Position numbers and translations under genes: made by a program. Positions 33,899 to 44,204 of a stretch of 64,000 bases of DNA are shown here, piece by piece. How positions within the stretch are numbered: the first letter of the stretch is position 1; the number at the start of each line of letters is the position of its first letter. Source of the DNA: Victivallales bacterium (GTDB lineage Bacteria; Verrucomicrobiota; Lentisphaeria; Victivallales; GWF2-38-69); NCBI GenBank assembly GCA_965228125.1, contig OZ245791.1, positions 2,378,240 through 2,442,239 of the forward strand, written 5' to 3'. The notes beneath the pieces were generated by a model that was given only the letters and a program-made list of their open reading frames with translations, did not search any database and was not told where the DNA came from.

Positions 33899-35623
33899 TT
33901 ATCCTCTGTAATCAACTATTGTGCCATCAAAAAGGTCAATAGTCCTATGAATAAATTTATTGTTTTGAATTTTATCTTTAACATCTTCGATATCTTTAGG
34001 TTTAGGTAAAGAAGCAGGAGATATTAGGCCTTTGACAGTTTTTATTTCCAGAAGTGCATTTTGTATTCCTGTTATTTGTACAATGCACTTTTGCAGAAGT
34101 GGTTTTTCTTCCTTAACTCTTTGGGCATGTACATCATTAAATTCCTCGTCATAGCAGACAGTAAGTGTATTATCTTTAAATGAAATTGGTTTGCCTTCCT
34201 GCATCCAGAATTTAAGCTGGGGCTTATTTATATGATCTGAACTCATCTCAAGTATTACTTTATGCCAGAGTTTTTCCGGAGAAATTTCCCTATGCGGAGG
34301 TGCTGGGTGTTTTTCTTTTGCTTCGACTGTCATTTGTTGCTTGCTCTCGGAACTTTTCTCTGTCAGGGGTTTTGCCTGAACGATAGCTGGTTCTGGTGTT
34401 CTTTGGGCTATGTGGTCTCTTTTGGATTCGTGTTTTTGTCCGTGTGTTGATTCTTCCTGATTGAATGATTCAGAATTTTTGATTTGGTTGAGCCTTTTGA
34501 TAATATCATTAAGCTTAGTTGATGAGGAATATCTCATGGCCTTCATCAGGGCTGTTTCTATAATAACGTGCTTATTTATCGCATCATGAAGCAATTTTCC
34601 TGCCGTGGAAAGCGATTCTAAAATAAGCTGGACTTTTTCCAATGTTGTGTATTGTGAAAGGTTTTTATATATTTGCACTATATCAGCTCCGACCTCCAGT
34701 ATTTCATCCGGGTCTTTCAGCAGAATAGATATTTCAATGCCTCTGATAAAATCTACGATATCATAAAAAAGCTGTTCTAGATTTTTTCCTTGCTGGGCTA
34801 ATCTATTAAGTTCAAAAATAAGTGTCTGGTAATCGTTAGTCATTATCGATTTGACTAATTTTTCTTTCTGTGTCGATGAAATAATTCCAAATATTGCCAG
34901 GACTTCATTTTCACTTATTTCTTCCGAATCTTCAGAGCTATGAAAAGCAATCATTTGATCAGTTAGAGATAAAGCATCCCTCATGCCGCCATCGGCTGAC
35001 TGGGCTATTGCTCTGATGGCTTCCTTGCCTATTTTTACGCCTTCAGAAAGGGAAATTTTTTCAAGTTGCTTAATTATAAGGTTCAGTGGTATTTTTCTAA
35101 GGTCGAACCTTTGACACCTTGAGATAGCCGTGGGCGGTATTTTGTGGGGTTCGGTTGTCGCGAAAATGAATTTTACATGAGCCGGAGGTTCTTCAAGTAT
35201 TTTAAGCAAGGCATTCCATGCCGAAGTAGATAGCATATGCACTTCGTCTATGATATAAACTTTATATTTTGAATTTACCGGTGCATATAGGGCTTCTTCC
35301 CTGAGATTTCTGACATTGTCAACGCCATTATTGCTTGCACCGTCAATTTCTATTATGTCTATGCTGCTTCCGTTATTGATGTTTTTACAGGATATGCATT
35401 CATCGCATGGTTCTTTGACGGGGGCATTTTTACAGTTTAAGGCTTTAGCCAAAATTCTTGCTATGGTGGTTTTGCCTATCCCTCTAGGTCCGACAAATAG
35501 ATAAGCATGCGCTAATTTGTTTTTAAGCAGGGCATTTTGAATGGTCTTAGTAATATGTTCCTGTCCAATCATATCGCTGAAGATTCTAGGTCTCCATTTT
35601 CTTGCCAGAACTTGATATTCCAT
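33899..35623 (-). CDS. dnaX: DNA polymerase III subunit gamma/tau
   Basis: YQVLARKWRP, GPRGIGKTT (Walker A), a Zn module (CxxC..C..C), DEVHML and SRC motifs. The start was set at MEYQVL (35623). Confidence 0.95.
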   Translation of the reverse strand: MEYQVLARKWRPRIFSDMIGQEHITKTIQNALLKNKLAHAYLFVGPRGIGKTTIARILAKALNCKNAPVKEPCDECISCKNINNGSSIDIIEIDGASNNGVDNVRNLREEALYAPVNSKYKVYIIDEVHMLSTSAWNALLKILEEPPAHVKFIFATTEPHKIPPTAISRCQRFDLRKIPLNLIIKQLEKISLSEGVKIGKEAIRAIAQSADGGMRDALSLTDQMIAFHSSEDSEEISENEVLAIFGIISSTQKEKLVKSIMTNDYQTLIFELNRLAQQGKNLEQLFYDIVDFIRGIEISILLKDPDEILEVGADIVQIYKNLSQYTTLEKVQLILESLSTAGKLLHDAINKHVIIETALMKAMRYSSSTKLNDIIKRLNQIKNSESFNQEESTHGQKHESKRDHIAQRTPEPAIVQAKPLTEKSSESKQQMTVEAKEKHPAPPHREISPEKLWHKVILEMSSDHINKPQLKFWMQEGKPISFKDNTLTVCYDEEFNDVHAQRVKEEKPLLQKCIVQITGIQNALLEIKTVKGLISPASLPKPKDIEDVKDKIQNNKFIHRTIDLFDGTIVDYRG

Positions 35624-35654
35624 AAAATTACTCCCTGTGGACAGGCTTAAAAAC

Positions 35655-35769
35655 ATCGCCGATTACCAGATGCACCTACGGCACTTGTCTTCAGCATGTA
35701 GGGCTGCTTGATTCCTCATCTGACCCGGTTGACGCAAATCCAATGCATAGGGTCCGAATAATCGGCGAT
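35655..35769 (-). ncRNA. ffs: Signal recognition particle RNA (small/4.5S type)
   Basis: 11-bp closing stem ATCGCCGATTA/TAATCGGCGAT. The minus strand contains ...GGGTCAGATGAGGAATCAAGCAGCCC..., resembling the conserved helix 8 (GUCAG...GGAA...AAGCAGCC) of E. coli 4.5S RNA. It sits immediately upstream of dnaX, as in many bacteria. Confidence 0.7.
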
Positions 35770-35811
35770 TAAGTAAATTACATTAAGTTTGATAAATTCA
35801 AAACCAGTTTA

Positions 35812-36717
35812 TTAAGCTTTCTTCTTTTTAGCTGGTGTATTGGGTTTTGAATTTTTGACAGGGGACAGGTATTCGAGCATCAATCCTATTTCTTTTCTTA
35901 GTTCGGATCTTGGTATGACTCTGTCTATCAATCCTTTTTTAAGGACGAATTCAGACGTCTGAAACCCTTCTGGGAGAGTAGCTTGAGTGGTATCTTTAAT
36001 TACTCTGGGGCCAGCAAAACCAATGAGTGCCTGTGGTTCAGCTACTATAACGCTTCCCAGTGAAGCATAACTTGCCGTAACGCCTGCGGTGGTAGGGTTA
36101 GTCATTATAACTATATAAGGCAGTTTTCTCTCTTTGTGTCTTTCGAGAGCACCACTTGTTTTTGCCATCTGCATCAAACTGAACATCCCTTCATACATTC
36201 TTGCTCCGCCGCTTGCGGTAACTATTACCAGCGGGATTCCTTTTTCCGTAGCCAGTTCTGTAATTCTTGTAATTTTTTCGCCGACAACCGATCCCATGCT
36301 TGCCCCGAGAAAATTAAAATCCATGACGGACAGGGCAAACTCAATGCCGTTTAGTTTGGCTGTTCCGCAAACAACAGCGTCGTTAAGCCCTGTTTTTATT
36401 TTGTTCTGTTCTAGTTTTGCTGCGTAGGAAGCTACTCCTTCAAACTTGAGAATATCGATTGAGGAAAGGCTTGAATCCACTTCGCGAAAGGTTCCTTCAT
36501 CAGTCAGGAGTTCAACTCTTCTGGTGGAAGTTAAAGTCTTATGGTAACCACATTCAGGGCATACTTCGAGATTCTTTTTCCATTCATCTTTATGAAAGCT
36601 CTCCTCACAGTTTTTACACTTTTCGAATATACCGACAGGTATCTTTACATTCTTATTTTCAGACACCTCGTCGGTTCTAATGTTTGTTGCATATTTTGGT
36701 TTGCCAAAAAGCGACAT
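35812..36717 (-). CDS. accD: Acetyl-CoA carboxylase carboxyltransferase subunit beta
   Basis: N-terminal CxxC...CxxC zinc finger followed by the carboxyltransferase domain (GGARMYEG). Confidence 0.95.
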   Translation of the reverse strand: MSLFGKPKYATNIRTDEVSENKNVKIPVGIFEKCKNCEESFHKDEWKKNLEVCPECGYHKTLTSTRRVELLTDEGTFREVDSSLSSIDILKFEGVASYAAKLEQNKIKTGLNDAVVCGTAKLNGIEFALSVMDFNFLGASMGSVVGEKITRITELATEKGIPLVIVTASGGARMYEGMFSLMQMAKTSGALERHKERKLPYIVIMTNPTTAGVTASYASLGSVIVAEPQALIGFAGPRVIKDTTQATLPEGFQTSEFVLKKGLIDRVIPRSELRKEIGLMLEYLSPVKNSKPNTPAKKKKA

Positions 36718-36723
36718 AAATTT

Positions 36724-37428
36724 CTATCTCCTTGCTAAAACTAAAATAGTTATCTTCTTGGCTCCTGCGTCAATCAATGCTTTGCTAGCTGACCTCAAAG
36801 TGGAACCGGTAGTAAAAATATCATCGACCAATAGTATATCTTTGTTTTCAACAATGGCTCGTTTTTTTGCTAAAAAAACATTTTGAAGATTTTTTCTCCT
36901 TTTTGCTCCTGAAAGGCTGGTTTGAGTTTTTGTATATTTCTTTCGTATTAATGTTGTGCAGTAAGGGGTGTTTGTTAATTTTGATACTTTCTTCGCCAAC
37001 AGCACGGATTGGTTGTACCCTCTGAGAAGGTATTTTGCAAAATGGAGTGGCACAGCGGTGATAAGATCAAACTTTAACTTATCATTTTGTATTTTTTCTG
37101 TTATCTTTTGAGCTAAAAATGGAAAGAGTTCAATCTGGTTTTTGTATTTGAAATTAAGAATAGCGTCATGAATGGCATTATTCATTGAGAAAATACATAT
37201 TGAAGAGTGCCATGGATGAGGAGCTTCTTTTATGCACTTGGAACAGATATCCAAAACTAAGTCTAAACGACTGCCGCAACATGAACAAACTTTACCATCA
37301 CTGGAGACAAACTTATCAGCGCATTCCCCGCATAAGACATTCTTTCCGGATAATTCCTTTTTGCAAACAGGACACATTTTAGGGAAAAAATAATCAAGCG
37401 AATTCTCCAATAAGGAAAAGACTTTCAA
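36724..37428 (-). CDS. comF: ComF family protein (phosphoribosyltransferase with N-terminal zinc finger)
   Basis: CPVC...CGEC zinc ribbon and ILLVDDIFTTGST PRTase motif. Confidence 0.85.
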   Translation of the reverse strand: MKVFSLLENSLDYFFPKMCPVCKKELSGKNVLCGECADKFVSSDGKVCSCCGSRLDLVLDICSKCIKEAPHPWHSSICIFSMNNAIHDAILNFKYKNQIELFPFLAQKITEKIQNDKLKFDLITAVPLHFAKYLLRGYNQSVLLAKKVSKLTNTPYCTTLIRKKYTKTQTSLSGAKRRKNLQNVFLAKKRAIVENKDILLVDDIFTTGSTLRSASKALIDAGAKKITILVLARR

Positions 37429-37430
37429 TG

Positions 37431-38795
37431 TTACCTGTAATTTCTTCTTGACATTATTTTTCCATTCTTAAGAAAACCATCATAGTTTCTTGTTATCAGA
37501 TGGGACTCAAGTTGGCTCAATGCATCTAATGTTACGCCTACCATGATTAGCAAACTTGTGCCTCCGAAGAAACTGTCAATAATATATGGAAGGTTGAGGT
37601 TCTTATTAAGAATCATTGGAAAAACTGCAATAGCCAAAAGGAAAATAGAACCGGCTAAAGTGATTTTTGTCATAGTAGAGTCCAAGTATTCAGCTGTAGG
37701 TTTTCCTGGCCTGATTCCGGGAATGAAAGCACTGTCTCTTTTTAGGTTATCTGATATTTGAACGGGGTTAAACTGGTTAGCAACCCAGAAGAATGCAAAG
37801 AACATAAGAAGCAAGCCATAAATTATCATGTATGAGAAACTTCCATAGTTAAAATATGCGGCTATCCATCTGGTAGCGGGTATCCATCTGAATAACATTT
37901 CCGGTACTATTAAAATAGAACCTGCCAAAATTATCGGCATTACCCCTGAGAAGTTCACTCTTAAAGGAATGAACGAATTGCCTCCAAGCATTCTTTTGCC
38001 GACTGTTTTTTTAGCGTACTGTATAGGTATTTTCCTTTGGCCTTGAGTAAGTATAACAGTAGCGGCAGTAACCAAAACAAAAAGCAGTGCCAGAAGGAAG
38101 AGATGGACAGGCCTGATGGAAGTCCCGTTTGATCCTCCTGATATAACAAGTTCGTAGAGGCTGTAAAGAGCGCTTGGCATCCTTGAAACAATACCGATTG
38201 TAATAATAATAGAAGCGCCGTTTCCTATTCCATTATCGGTAATTCTTTCCCCGAGCCACATCATAAGCATAGTTCCGCATGTGAGGACTATGACTGTCAT
38301 AATAACAAAACTAGATCCGCTTGTTATTACTAGCGGAGATGTAGGAACAGGTAGTCCGATGGTTTGAGGCCTCTGCATAGCATAAGCCGCCATTGCTCCC
38401 TGAATAACACAGATAATGAGAGTGAGGAATCTTGTGTACTGGTTGAATTTCTGCCTTCCTGCATCTCCTCCTTCTCTGACCATTTTTTCAAATTGGGGGA
38501 TCACCGGCTGCAACATCTGCATAATGATCGATGCTGATATGTATGGCATTATCCCGAGCGTTGCTATAGCAAACTTATGGATAGCTCCGCCAGTGAACAT
38601 ATCAAATAAGCCAAAGAAAGCGGTGGTGCTGCTTGATTGGCTGAATTGATCGAAGTAGATATTCAGAGCATGTGTATCTACTCCAGGGCAGGGGATATTT
38701 GACATAACTCTGCAAAGTGCGACTACTGCAAAAGTAAAGAAAATTTTATCTCTTACTTCTTTGATTTTAAAAGCATTGATAAAAGCAGAAAACAT
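37431..38795 (-). CDS. secY: Preprotein translocase subunit SecY
   Basis: Full-length SecY-like 10-TM protein, located downstream of rplO. Confidence 0.95.
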   Translation of the reverse strand: MFSAFINAFKIKEVRDKIFFTFAVVALCRVMSNIPCPGVDTHALNIYFDQFSQSSSTTAFFGLFDMFTGGAIHKFAIATLGIMPYISASIIMQMLQPVIPQFEKMVREGGDAGRQKFNQYTRFLTLIICVIQGAMAAYAMQRPQTIGLPVPTSPLVITSGSSFVIMTVIVLTCGTMLMMWLGERITDNGIGNGASIIITIGIVSRMPSALYSLYELVISGGSNGTSIRPVHLFLLALLFVLVTAATVILTQGQRKIPIQYAKKTVGKRMLGGNSFIPLRVNFSGVMPIILAGSILIVPEMLFRWIPATRWIAAYFNYGSFSYMIIYGLLLMFFAFFWVANQFNPVQISDNLKRDSAFIPGIRPGKPTAEYLDSTMTKITLAGSIFLLAIAVFPMILNKNLNLPYIIDSFFGGTSLLIMVGVTLDALSQLESHLITRNYDGFLKNGKIMSRRNYR

Positions 38796-38817
38796 ATCAG
38801 ACCTTATTATATTTCAA

Positions 38818-38843
38818 AAGAGTTAACTAAATGGCTAACTCTT
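38818..38843 (-). promoter_or_regulatory. Stem-loop between rplO and secY
   Basis: 8-bp arms AAGAGTTA (38818-38825) and TAACTCTT (38836-38843). On the minus strand the hairpin is followed by TTTGAAAT. Confidence 0.3.
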
Positions 38844-38857
38844 TTGTTCTATTGTTA

Positions 38858-39304
38858 TTATTCAACAACCTCACACTTTCCGCCTGCGGCCTCAATTTTA
38901 GATTTCGCAGAGACCGAGAAAAAGTTAGCTTTGACTGTGAGAGACTTAGTAATATCCCCGTTGCCAAGTATTTTTAAACCAAGGTTTTTCTTTGGAATAA
39001 GGTTCTTAGCATTGAGTGCAGCTTTGTCTACAACATCATTGGCATTAAAAGATTCTTCCAGAGAAGATATATTTATAACTGTATATACCTTGGGATTCAA
39101 ACTTTTAAACCCTCTTTTGGGCAGTCTTCTAAAAAGTGTAATCTGACCGCCTTCAAAATATGGACGGAATCCAGAGCCGCTTCTGGAACTTTGTCCTTTA
39201 TCTCCACGTCCAGCGGTTTTTCCCCAACCCGAAGCATCGCCTCTGCCGACACGTTTACGCCTTTTCTTGGCGCCTTCTACATTTTTAAGTGAATGTAATT
39301 TCAT
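38858..39304 (-). CDS. rplO: 50S ribosomal protein L15
   Basis: KRVGRGDASGWGKTAGRG motif and operon position. Confidence 0.95.
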   Translation of the reverse strand: MKLHSLKNVEGAKKRRKRVGRGDASGWGKTAGRGDKGQSSRSGSGFRPYFEGGQITLFRRLPKRGFKSLNPKVYTVINISSLEESFNANDVVDKAALNAKNLIPKKNLGLKILGNGDITKSLTVKANFFSVSAKSKIEAAGGKCEVVE

Positions 39305-39323
39305 TGTTTAACCTTAATTTTAA

Positions 39324-39821
39324 CTAGTTAGCTAAGCGTTTTGCCTGATAATCGTTCTTTGAACTAATAGATTTTATAGCTTCAATTGTAGCTTTAACCA
39401 TATTAACAGGGTTGCTTGATCCAAGAGATTTAGTCAAAATATCTCTTACTCCTGCTAAATCCAGAACAGCTCTGACTCCGCCGCCCGCGATTAATCCAGT
39501 ACCTGGCCCAGCCGGTTTCATCATTACTTTAGCTGCGCCAAACTTAGAGTGAACTTCATGCGCTATTGTCTGGTTATGCATAGGAACTGTGATTAGGTTC
39601 TTTCGTGCTATTTCTCCGCCTTTTCTGATAGCATCAGATACTTCATTGGCTTTGCCTAATCCTATTCCTACGAGGCCCTTTTTGTTCCCAACAACTACAA
39701 GAGCACTGAAACTAAAGTTACGACCGCCTTTTACGACTTTTGAACACCTGTTTACACTAACTACTCTTTCCTCGAATTCACTAACTTCTTTCTCTGCGAA
39801 ATGTTTTCTTCCGGTAACCAT
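39324..39821 (-). CDS. rpsE: 30S ribosomal protein S5
   Basis: [28 protein letters not shown] motif. Confidence 0.95.
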   Translation of the reverse strand: MVTGRKHFAEKEVSEFEERVVSVNRCSKVVKGGRNFSFSALVVVGNKKGLVGIGLGKANEVSDAIRKGGEIARKNLITVPMHNQTIAHEVHSKFGAAKVMMKPAGPGTGLIAGGGVRAVLDLAGVRDILTKSLGSSNPVNMVKATIEAIKSISSKNDYQAKRLAN

Positions 39822-39833
39822 ATTAGCCCTCTG

Positions 39834-40196
39834 TTAAATTTTAAGTCCGTTTTTACGAGCGGCATCTGCTAGTGCTTTGAGTTTTCCATGGAAGGAAAAT
39901 CCGCCGCGGTCAAATACAACTTCGCTAATACCGGCGGCTTTTGCCTGTGCAGCAGCTAAAATTCCGAGAGCTTCAGCACCCTTGGCATTAACTTTTTCAC
40001 CGGTCTTTTTGAATTCTTCAGAAACAGTTGATGTGCTGGCCAAAGTTTTTCCTGCATTGTCATCAATGAACTGAACATAAATGTGCTTGCATGAAGCAAA
40101 TACTGACATTCTGGGACGATCAGCTGTTCCTGCAATTTTTTGGCGCAAACGCATATGTCTGCGTTTACGAGCATCAAACTTATTTAATTTACTCAT
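39834..40196 (-). CDS. rplR: 50S ribosomal protein L18
   Basis: RLRQKIAGTADRPRMSVF...VFDRGGF.FHGK motifs. Confidence 0.95.
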   Translation of the reverse strand: MSKLNKFDARKRRHMRLRQKIAGTADRPRMSVFASCKHIYVQFIDDNAGKTLASTSTVSEEFKKTGEKVNAKGAEALGILAAAQAKAAGISEVVFDRGGFSFHGKLKALADAARKNGLKI

Positions 40197-40235
40197 TTTA
40201 TAAAATCTCCATAAAGTTTAGCTATTTAACAGCTA

Positions 40236-40772
40236 TTATCCTACAGATTTGCCTTCTTTAATAGTTATGTGTTCGCCAGCATATCTGATACCTTTGCCTT
40301 TGTAAGGTTCAGGTTTCTTAAATCTTCTGATAGTGGCGGCGACTTCTCCAACAATCTGTTTATCTGCTCCTTCAACACTGATTTTTGTGGTATCAGTTAC
40401 AGTTACTTTAACTTCTTGAGGAATAGGGTAGATAACCGGATGAGAAAAACCGAGAGCCAGCTCAAGGTTGTTCCCTGTCATTTTCGCTCTATATCCTACG
40501 CCGACCAGTTCCAAATTCTTTTTAAAGCCTTTGGTAACTCCTTCGATCATTCCGGCAAGCAGACTTCTCGTAAGGCCCTGCATTGCGCTAGATGTTTTTG
40601 AGTCTCTTGGAATGTTTACTAATATTTCTGATCCGTTTACTGCTATATCTACTTCAGGGGGAATATGTTTTACGAGCGTGGCTTGAGCACCTTGGACGGT
40701 CATGTTGCCATTAGCGATTGTAACTTTTACTCCTGACGGTATAGCGATTGGCCTTTTACCTATTCTAGACAT
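40236..40772 (-). CDS. rplF: 50S ribosomal protein L6
   Basis: MSRIGKRPIAIPSGV start and PEPYKGKGIRY motif. Confidence 0.95.
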   Translation of the reverse strand: MSRIGKRPIAIPSGVKVTIANGNMTVQGAQATLVKHIPPEVDIAVNGSEILVNIPRDSKTSSAMQGLTRSLLAGMIEGVTKGFKKNLELVGVGYRAKMTGNNLELALGFSHPVIYPIPQEVKVTVTDTTKISVEGADKQIVGEVAATIRRFKKPEPYKGKGIRYAGEHITIKEGKSVG

Positions 40773-40787
40773 GGTTTACCTCACTAT

Positions 40788-41183
40788 TTACCAGACATAA
40801 CAAATTATTTCTCCGCCGACATTAAGTTCAGCTGCTTTTTTGCCGCTGATAACGCCCTGAGGAGTAGAAAGTATCACCAAACCAAGCCCGTTCTTCACTT
40901 TAGGAATTTGCGTGCTTCCGCAGTAAACTCTACATGAAGGCTTACTTATTCTTTTGATACCTTCAATAACAGGTTGTTTTTTGTGATATTTCAATTGGAT
41001 TGCGAATTCTTTCTTTACACCTTCGCCTCTTTCAGCAAAGTCTGCAATGAAACCTTCTTCTTTCAAAATGGCTGCTACAGCCTTCTTCAGATTTGAAGAA
41101 GGTATTGAAACTTCTTTCAAAGAAGCCATTCCTGCATTGCGAATTCTTGTGAGCATATCGCTCAATGGATCTTGCATACTCAT
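40788..41183 (-). CDS. rpsH: 30S ribosomal protein S8
   Basis: DPLSDMLTRIRNA motif. Confidence 0.95.
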   Translation of the reverse strand: MSMQDPLSDMLTRIRNAGMASLKEVSIPSSNLKKAVAAILKEEGFIADFAERGEGVKKEFAIQLKYHKKQPVIEGIKRISKPSCRVYCGSTQIPKVKNGLGLVILSTPQGVISGKKAAELNVGGEIICYVW

Positions 41184-41201
41184 TATATTTTGGCTCCTTT
41201 C

Positions 41202-41387
41202 TTACCAGCTTGCTTTGATTACCCCTGGAATTTGTCCTGATGAAGCAAGCTCCCTGAAACAAATTCTGCAGAGTTGATATTTTCTGATGTAAGCGCGTGG
41301 ACGACCACATCTTTTGCAGCGATTATAGTTACGCACTTTGAACTTAGCTTGGCGTTCGCTTTTTGCTACTAAACTTTTCTTTGCCAT
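41202..41387 (-). CDS. rpsN: 30S ribosomal protein S14 (61-aa zinc-binding type Z)
   Basis: [10 protein letters not shown]...CRICFRE motifs. Confidence 0.95.
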   Translation of the reverse strand: MAKKSLVAKSERQAKFKVRNYNRCKRCGRPRAYIRKYQLCRICFRELASSGQIPGVIKASW

Positions 41388-41389
41388 AA

Positions 41390-41941
41390 TTACTTACTCC
41401 CTGATTCCTTTGCAAAAGGCATTTCGAAGAAAGTCAGAAGGTCTCTGGCTTCATCATCGGTTTTTGCTGTCGTTACCATGCAAATGTTTATGCCCATCGG
41501 GCGTTTTAGCTTGTCAAGGTCAATCTCAGTGAATACGCTGATGTCAGACATACCCATGTTGTAATTGCCCTTACCATCGAAACCTTTAGGACTGATTCCT
41601 CTGAAGTCGCGGACTTGGGGCAGAACAGTATGAACGAGTCTGTCGAGAAATTCGTACATTCTCTTGTTTCTCAGTGTTACCACTACTCCAACTGGCATTC
41701 CTTTACGGAGTTTAAAGTTAGAGATGTTCTTTTTCGATTTGCTGATAACTGCTGCTTGTCCGGTAACCATTGTAATATTTTTCTTGGCTTCTGCAAAAGC
41801 GTCTTTATCAAAAGCGGAGCCGATACCGGTTGAGATTATTATCTTGGAGAGCTTTGGAATCTCCATTGGATTTGCATAGCCTCTCTTCTCCTTGAGTTGG
41901 GGTGCTATGCTTTCTTTGTACAATTTAAGCATGTCAGGCAT
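41390..41941 (-). CDS. rplE: 50S ribosomal protein L5
   Basis: L5 pattern ([20 protein letters not shown]) and operon position. Confidence 0.95.
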   Translation of the reverse strand: MPDMLKLYKESIAPQLKEKRGYANPMEIPKLSKIIISTGIGSAFDKDAFAEAKKNITMVTGQAAVISKSKKNISNFKLRKGMPVGVVVTLRNKRMYEFLDRLVHTVLPQVRDFRGISPKGFDGKGNYNMGMSDISVFTEIDLDKLKRPMGINICMVTTAKTDDEARDLLTFFEMPFAKESGSK

Positions 41942-41962
41942 ATTTAAATTTTCTCCGTTGTT

Positions 41963-42229
41963 TTATTCAGTTTTTGCGTTTTTTAGTTTTACATTGGAGA
42001 TATGTACTGAAACTGATCTCTCAATAATCCCACCTTTTGGATTTTGTTGGGATTTTTTAACTGTTTTAACGCCGAGTTGCTTTTTCTTTTCAGGAGAAAG
42101 CCCTGTAAATTCCAAAACTACGCGATCTTTATCTTTAAGGTTAGCCTTAATCTTGGCTTCTTCCCCTTTCCATTTTCCTGTAAGGACTTTAACTTCATCG
42201 CCAGTTTTTACATGTGTTTTCTTCTGCAT
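41963..42229 (-). CDS. rplX: 50S ribosomal protein L24
   Basis: KTGDEVKVLTGKWKG KOW motif and operon position. Confidence 0.9.
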   Translation of the reverse strand: MQKKTHVKTGDEVKVLTGKWKGEEAKIKANLKDKDRVVLEFTGLSPEKKKQLGVKTVKKSQQNPKGGIIERSVSVHISNVKLKNAKTE

Positions 42230-42594
42230 TATAAGACCTCCGGAGCTAAAGAAATAATTTTCATAAAGTTCCTTTCACGAAGTTCGCGGGCTACAGGTCC
42301 GAATATGCGTGTACCTTTCGGATTGTTCTGTGCATCGATTATAACGGCTGCGCTGTTATCAAATCTCAGATATGAGCCATCCTGTCTTCTGATTTTAGTA
42401 GCAGTTCTTACTATAACAGCCTTAACGACTTCGCCTTTTTTTATTGCGCCATTTGGAATGGCTTCTTTAACCGAAGCGGTAACAATATCGCCGATTCTTG
42501 CATATTTTCTTTTCTGTCCGAGGACAGTAATGGCAACAATCCTTTTTGCTCCGCTGTTATCAGCCACTTCAAGGCTGGTTTGCATTTGTATCAT
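42229..42594 (-). CDS. rplN: 50S ribosomal protein L14
   Basis: [17 protein letters not shown] start. Confidence 0.95.
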   Translation of the reverse strand: MIQMQTSLEVADNSGAKRIVAITVLGQKRKYARIGDIVTASVKEAIPNGAIKKGEVVKAVIVRTATKIRRQDGSYLRFDNSAAVIIDAQNNPKGTRIFGPVARELRERNFMKIISLAPEVL

Positions 42595-42630
42595 GATTTA
42601 TACCCAATCTTATATAAGTTTAAATAGTAA

Positions 42631-42906
42631 TTAAGATTGCTGTCCGTGAACTGTAACAAGTCTCCAGCGTTTTAATTTGCTTAGAGGTCTTGTTTCCACG
42701 ATAGTAACCTTATCGCCAACCTTAGCTTTGTTTTCTTCGTCATGGGCATAATACTTCTTAGACGACTTTACGACTTTTTTGTAAAGTGGATGAGAAGTAC
42801 GCCTTGTGACTTCGACGACGATAGTCTTATTTTGGCAATTACTTACCACAATACCTTCGCGTTCTTTGCGGAGGTTTCTTGATATATCTTTTGTTTCGTT
42901 TTCCAT
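42631..42906 (-). CDS. rpsQ: 30S ribosomal protein S17
   Basis: K.YYAHDE.N.AKVGD.V.I.E.RPLSK.KRW pattern. Confidence 0.95.
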   Translation of the reverse strand: MENETKDISRNLRKEREGIVVSNCQNKTIVVEVTRRTSHPLYKKVVKSSKKYYAHDEENKAKVGDKVTIVETRPLSKLKRWRLVTVHGQQS

Positions 42907-42923
42907 AATTCTTGGCTATCCTC

Positions 42924-43130
42924 TTACTTGCCGGCGCTCTTGCGTCTTGTTTCTTCTGTTTTTATCATGGCAATTTCTTTCTTAACCTGTCCGATTCTGG
43001 CGCTTTTTTCGAGCTGACCGGTTTTTGCCTGCATTTTGAGGTTATATTTTTCCTTAGCCAGCTCGCTTACAGCGCTCTTGAGCTCAGGATCACTCATTTC
43101 TTTTATTTGAGCCATTTTTTTCATATTCAA
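42924..43130 (-). CDS. rpmC: 50S ribosomal protein L29
   Basis: 68 aa with a helical L29 pattern, located between rplP and rpsQ. Confidence 0.9.
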   Translation of the reverse strand: MNMKKMAQIKEMSDPELKSAVSELAKEKYNLKMQAKTGQLEKSARIGQVKKEIAMIKTEETRRKSAGK

Positions 43131-43139
43131 ACCTTCCTC

Positions 43140-43550
43140 TTATTGACGTTTTAGAAACTTGGTTTTGACAGAGATTTTGGCGGCAGCTCTGCATAGAGCT
43201 TCTCTAGCTGTAATTTCTGTGCATCCGCTTATCTCAAAGAGGATTCTTCCGGGAAGAACTACGGAAACCCAACCTTCTACGTTTCCTTTTCCTTTACCCA
43301 TTCTAACTTCAAGAGGTTTGCATGTGAACGGTCTGTCAGGAAAAAACCTTATCCAGACTCTTCCTCTTCTATTTAAATATCTGTTAATTGCAACACGGGC
43401 AGATTCGATTTCCACATTTCTTACCCAGCCTCTGTCTAGTGACATAAGAGCGTAATCGCCGAAATCTATTTTGTTGCCGCTTTGAGCCAGACCAGCCATG
43501 TTGCCGCGTTGTACTTTTCTATATTTTGTCCTTTTGGGCATCAGAGCCAT
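43140..43550 (-). CDS. rplP: 50S ribosomal protein L16
   Basis: MPKRTKYRK...RMGKGKG motifs. Confidence 0.95.
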   Translation of the reverse strand: MALMPKRTKYRKVQRGNMAGLAQSGNKIDFGDYALMSLDRGWVRNVEIESARVAINRYLNRRGRVWIRFFPDRPFTCKPLEVRMGKGKGNVEGWVSVVLPGRILFEISGCTEITAREALCRAAAKISVKTKFLKRQ

Positions 43551-43553
43551 AAT

Positions 43554-44189
43554 TTAGTTCTCCTTGCTTACTTCTGGGTTACAGATCCAGACTTTTACGC
43601 CAATTTTTCCAGTAGCAGTCATAGCTTCGTAAAAACCGTACTCGATATTGGCCCTGATGGTATGAAGTGGAACTTTGCCTTCCTTGTATTGTTCAGTTCT
43701 GGCAAGTTCTGCTCCGCCAAGTCGGCCTGAGGCCATTATCTTAATTCCCAAAGCGCCGCTGTCCATTGCTAACTGGATGGATTTTTTCATAGCACGTCTG
43801 AAAGCTATTCTTCTTTGAAGTTGAAGAGCTACATTTTCAGAAACGAGCTGAGCGTTTCTTTCAGGATTTTTTACTTCATGAATATCAATTTTGATTTCAT
43901 GACCATCTGCCATTTTCTGCAAGCCTGTCTGGAGTCTTTCGAAATCTCCTTTTCTGCTAGCGAGGATTCCAGGGCGGGCTGTGTATATATCGACAGCTAT
44001 TCTGTTGGATGCTCTGTGTATTACCACTCTAGCTATTGCAGCATGAGCGAATTCTTTCTTTATATAATCACGAATTTTGAGGTCTTCATTAAGCCAGGTG
44101 CCGAAAGAATTCTTTCTGGCGAACCATTTTGAATCCCAGTCTTTTGTAGCCGTGACTCTAAAGCATATTGGATTTACTTTTTGTCCCAC
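43554..44189 (-). CDS. rpsC: 30S ribosomal protein S3
   Basis: MGQKVNPI start and KH domain pattern. Confidence 0.95.
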   Translation of the reverse strand: MGQKVNPICFRVTATKDWDSKWFARKNSFGTWLNEDLKIRDYIKKEFAHAAIARVVIHRASNRIAVDIYTARPGILASRKGDFERLQTGLQKMADGHEIKIDIHEVKNPERNAQLVSENVALQLQRRIAFRRAMKKSIQLAMDSGALGIKIMASGRLGGAELARTEQYKEGKVPLHTIRANIEYGFYEAMTATGKIGVKVWICNPEVSKEN

Positions 44190-44204
44190 GATTCTTTCCT
44201 TTCG

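Noticed and set aside
33899-35623. Programmed -1 frameshift site (A AAA AAG) in dnaX producing a gamma subunit
   Set aside because: In a visual scan of the minus strand of the gene I found no A-AAA-AAG heptamer followed by a stem-loop. This was a visual scan only.
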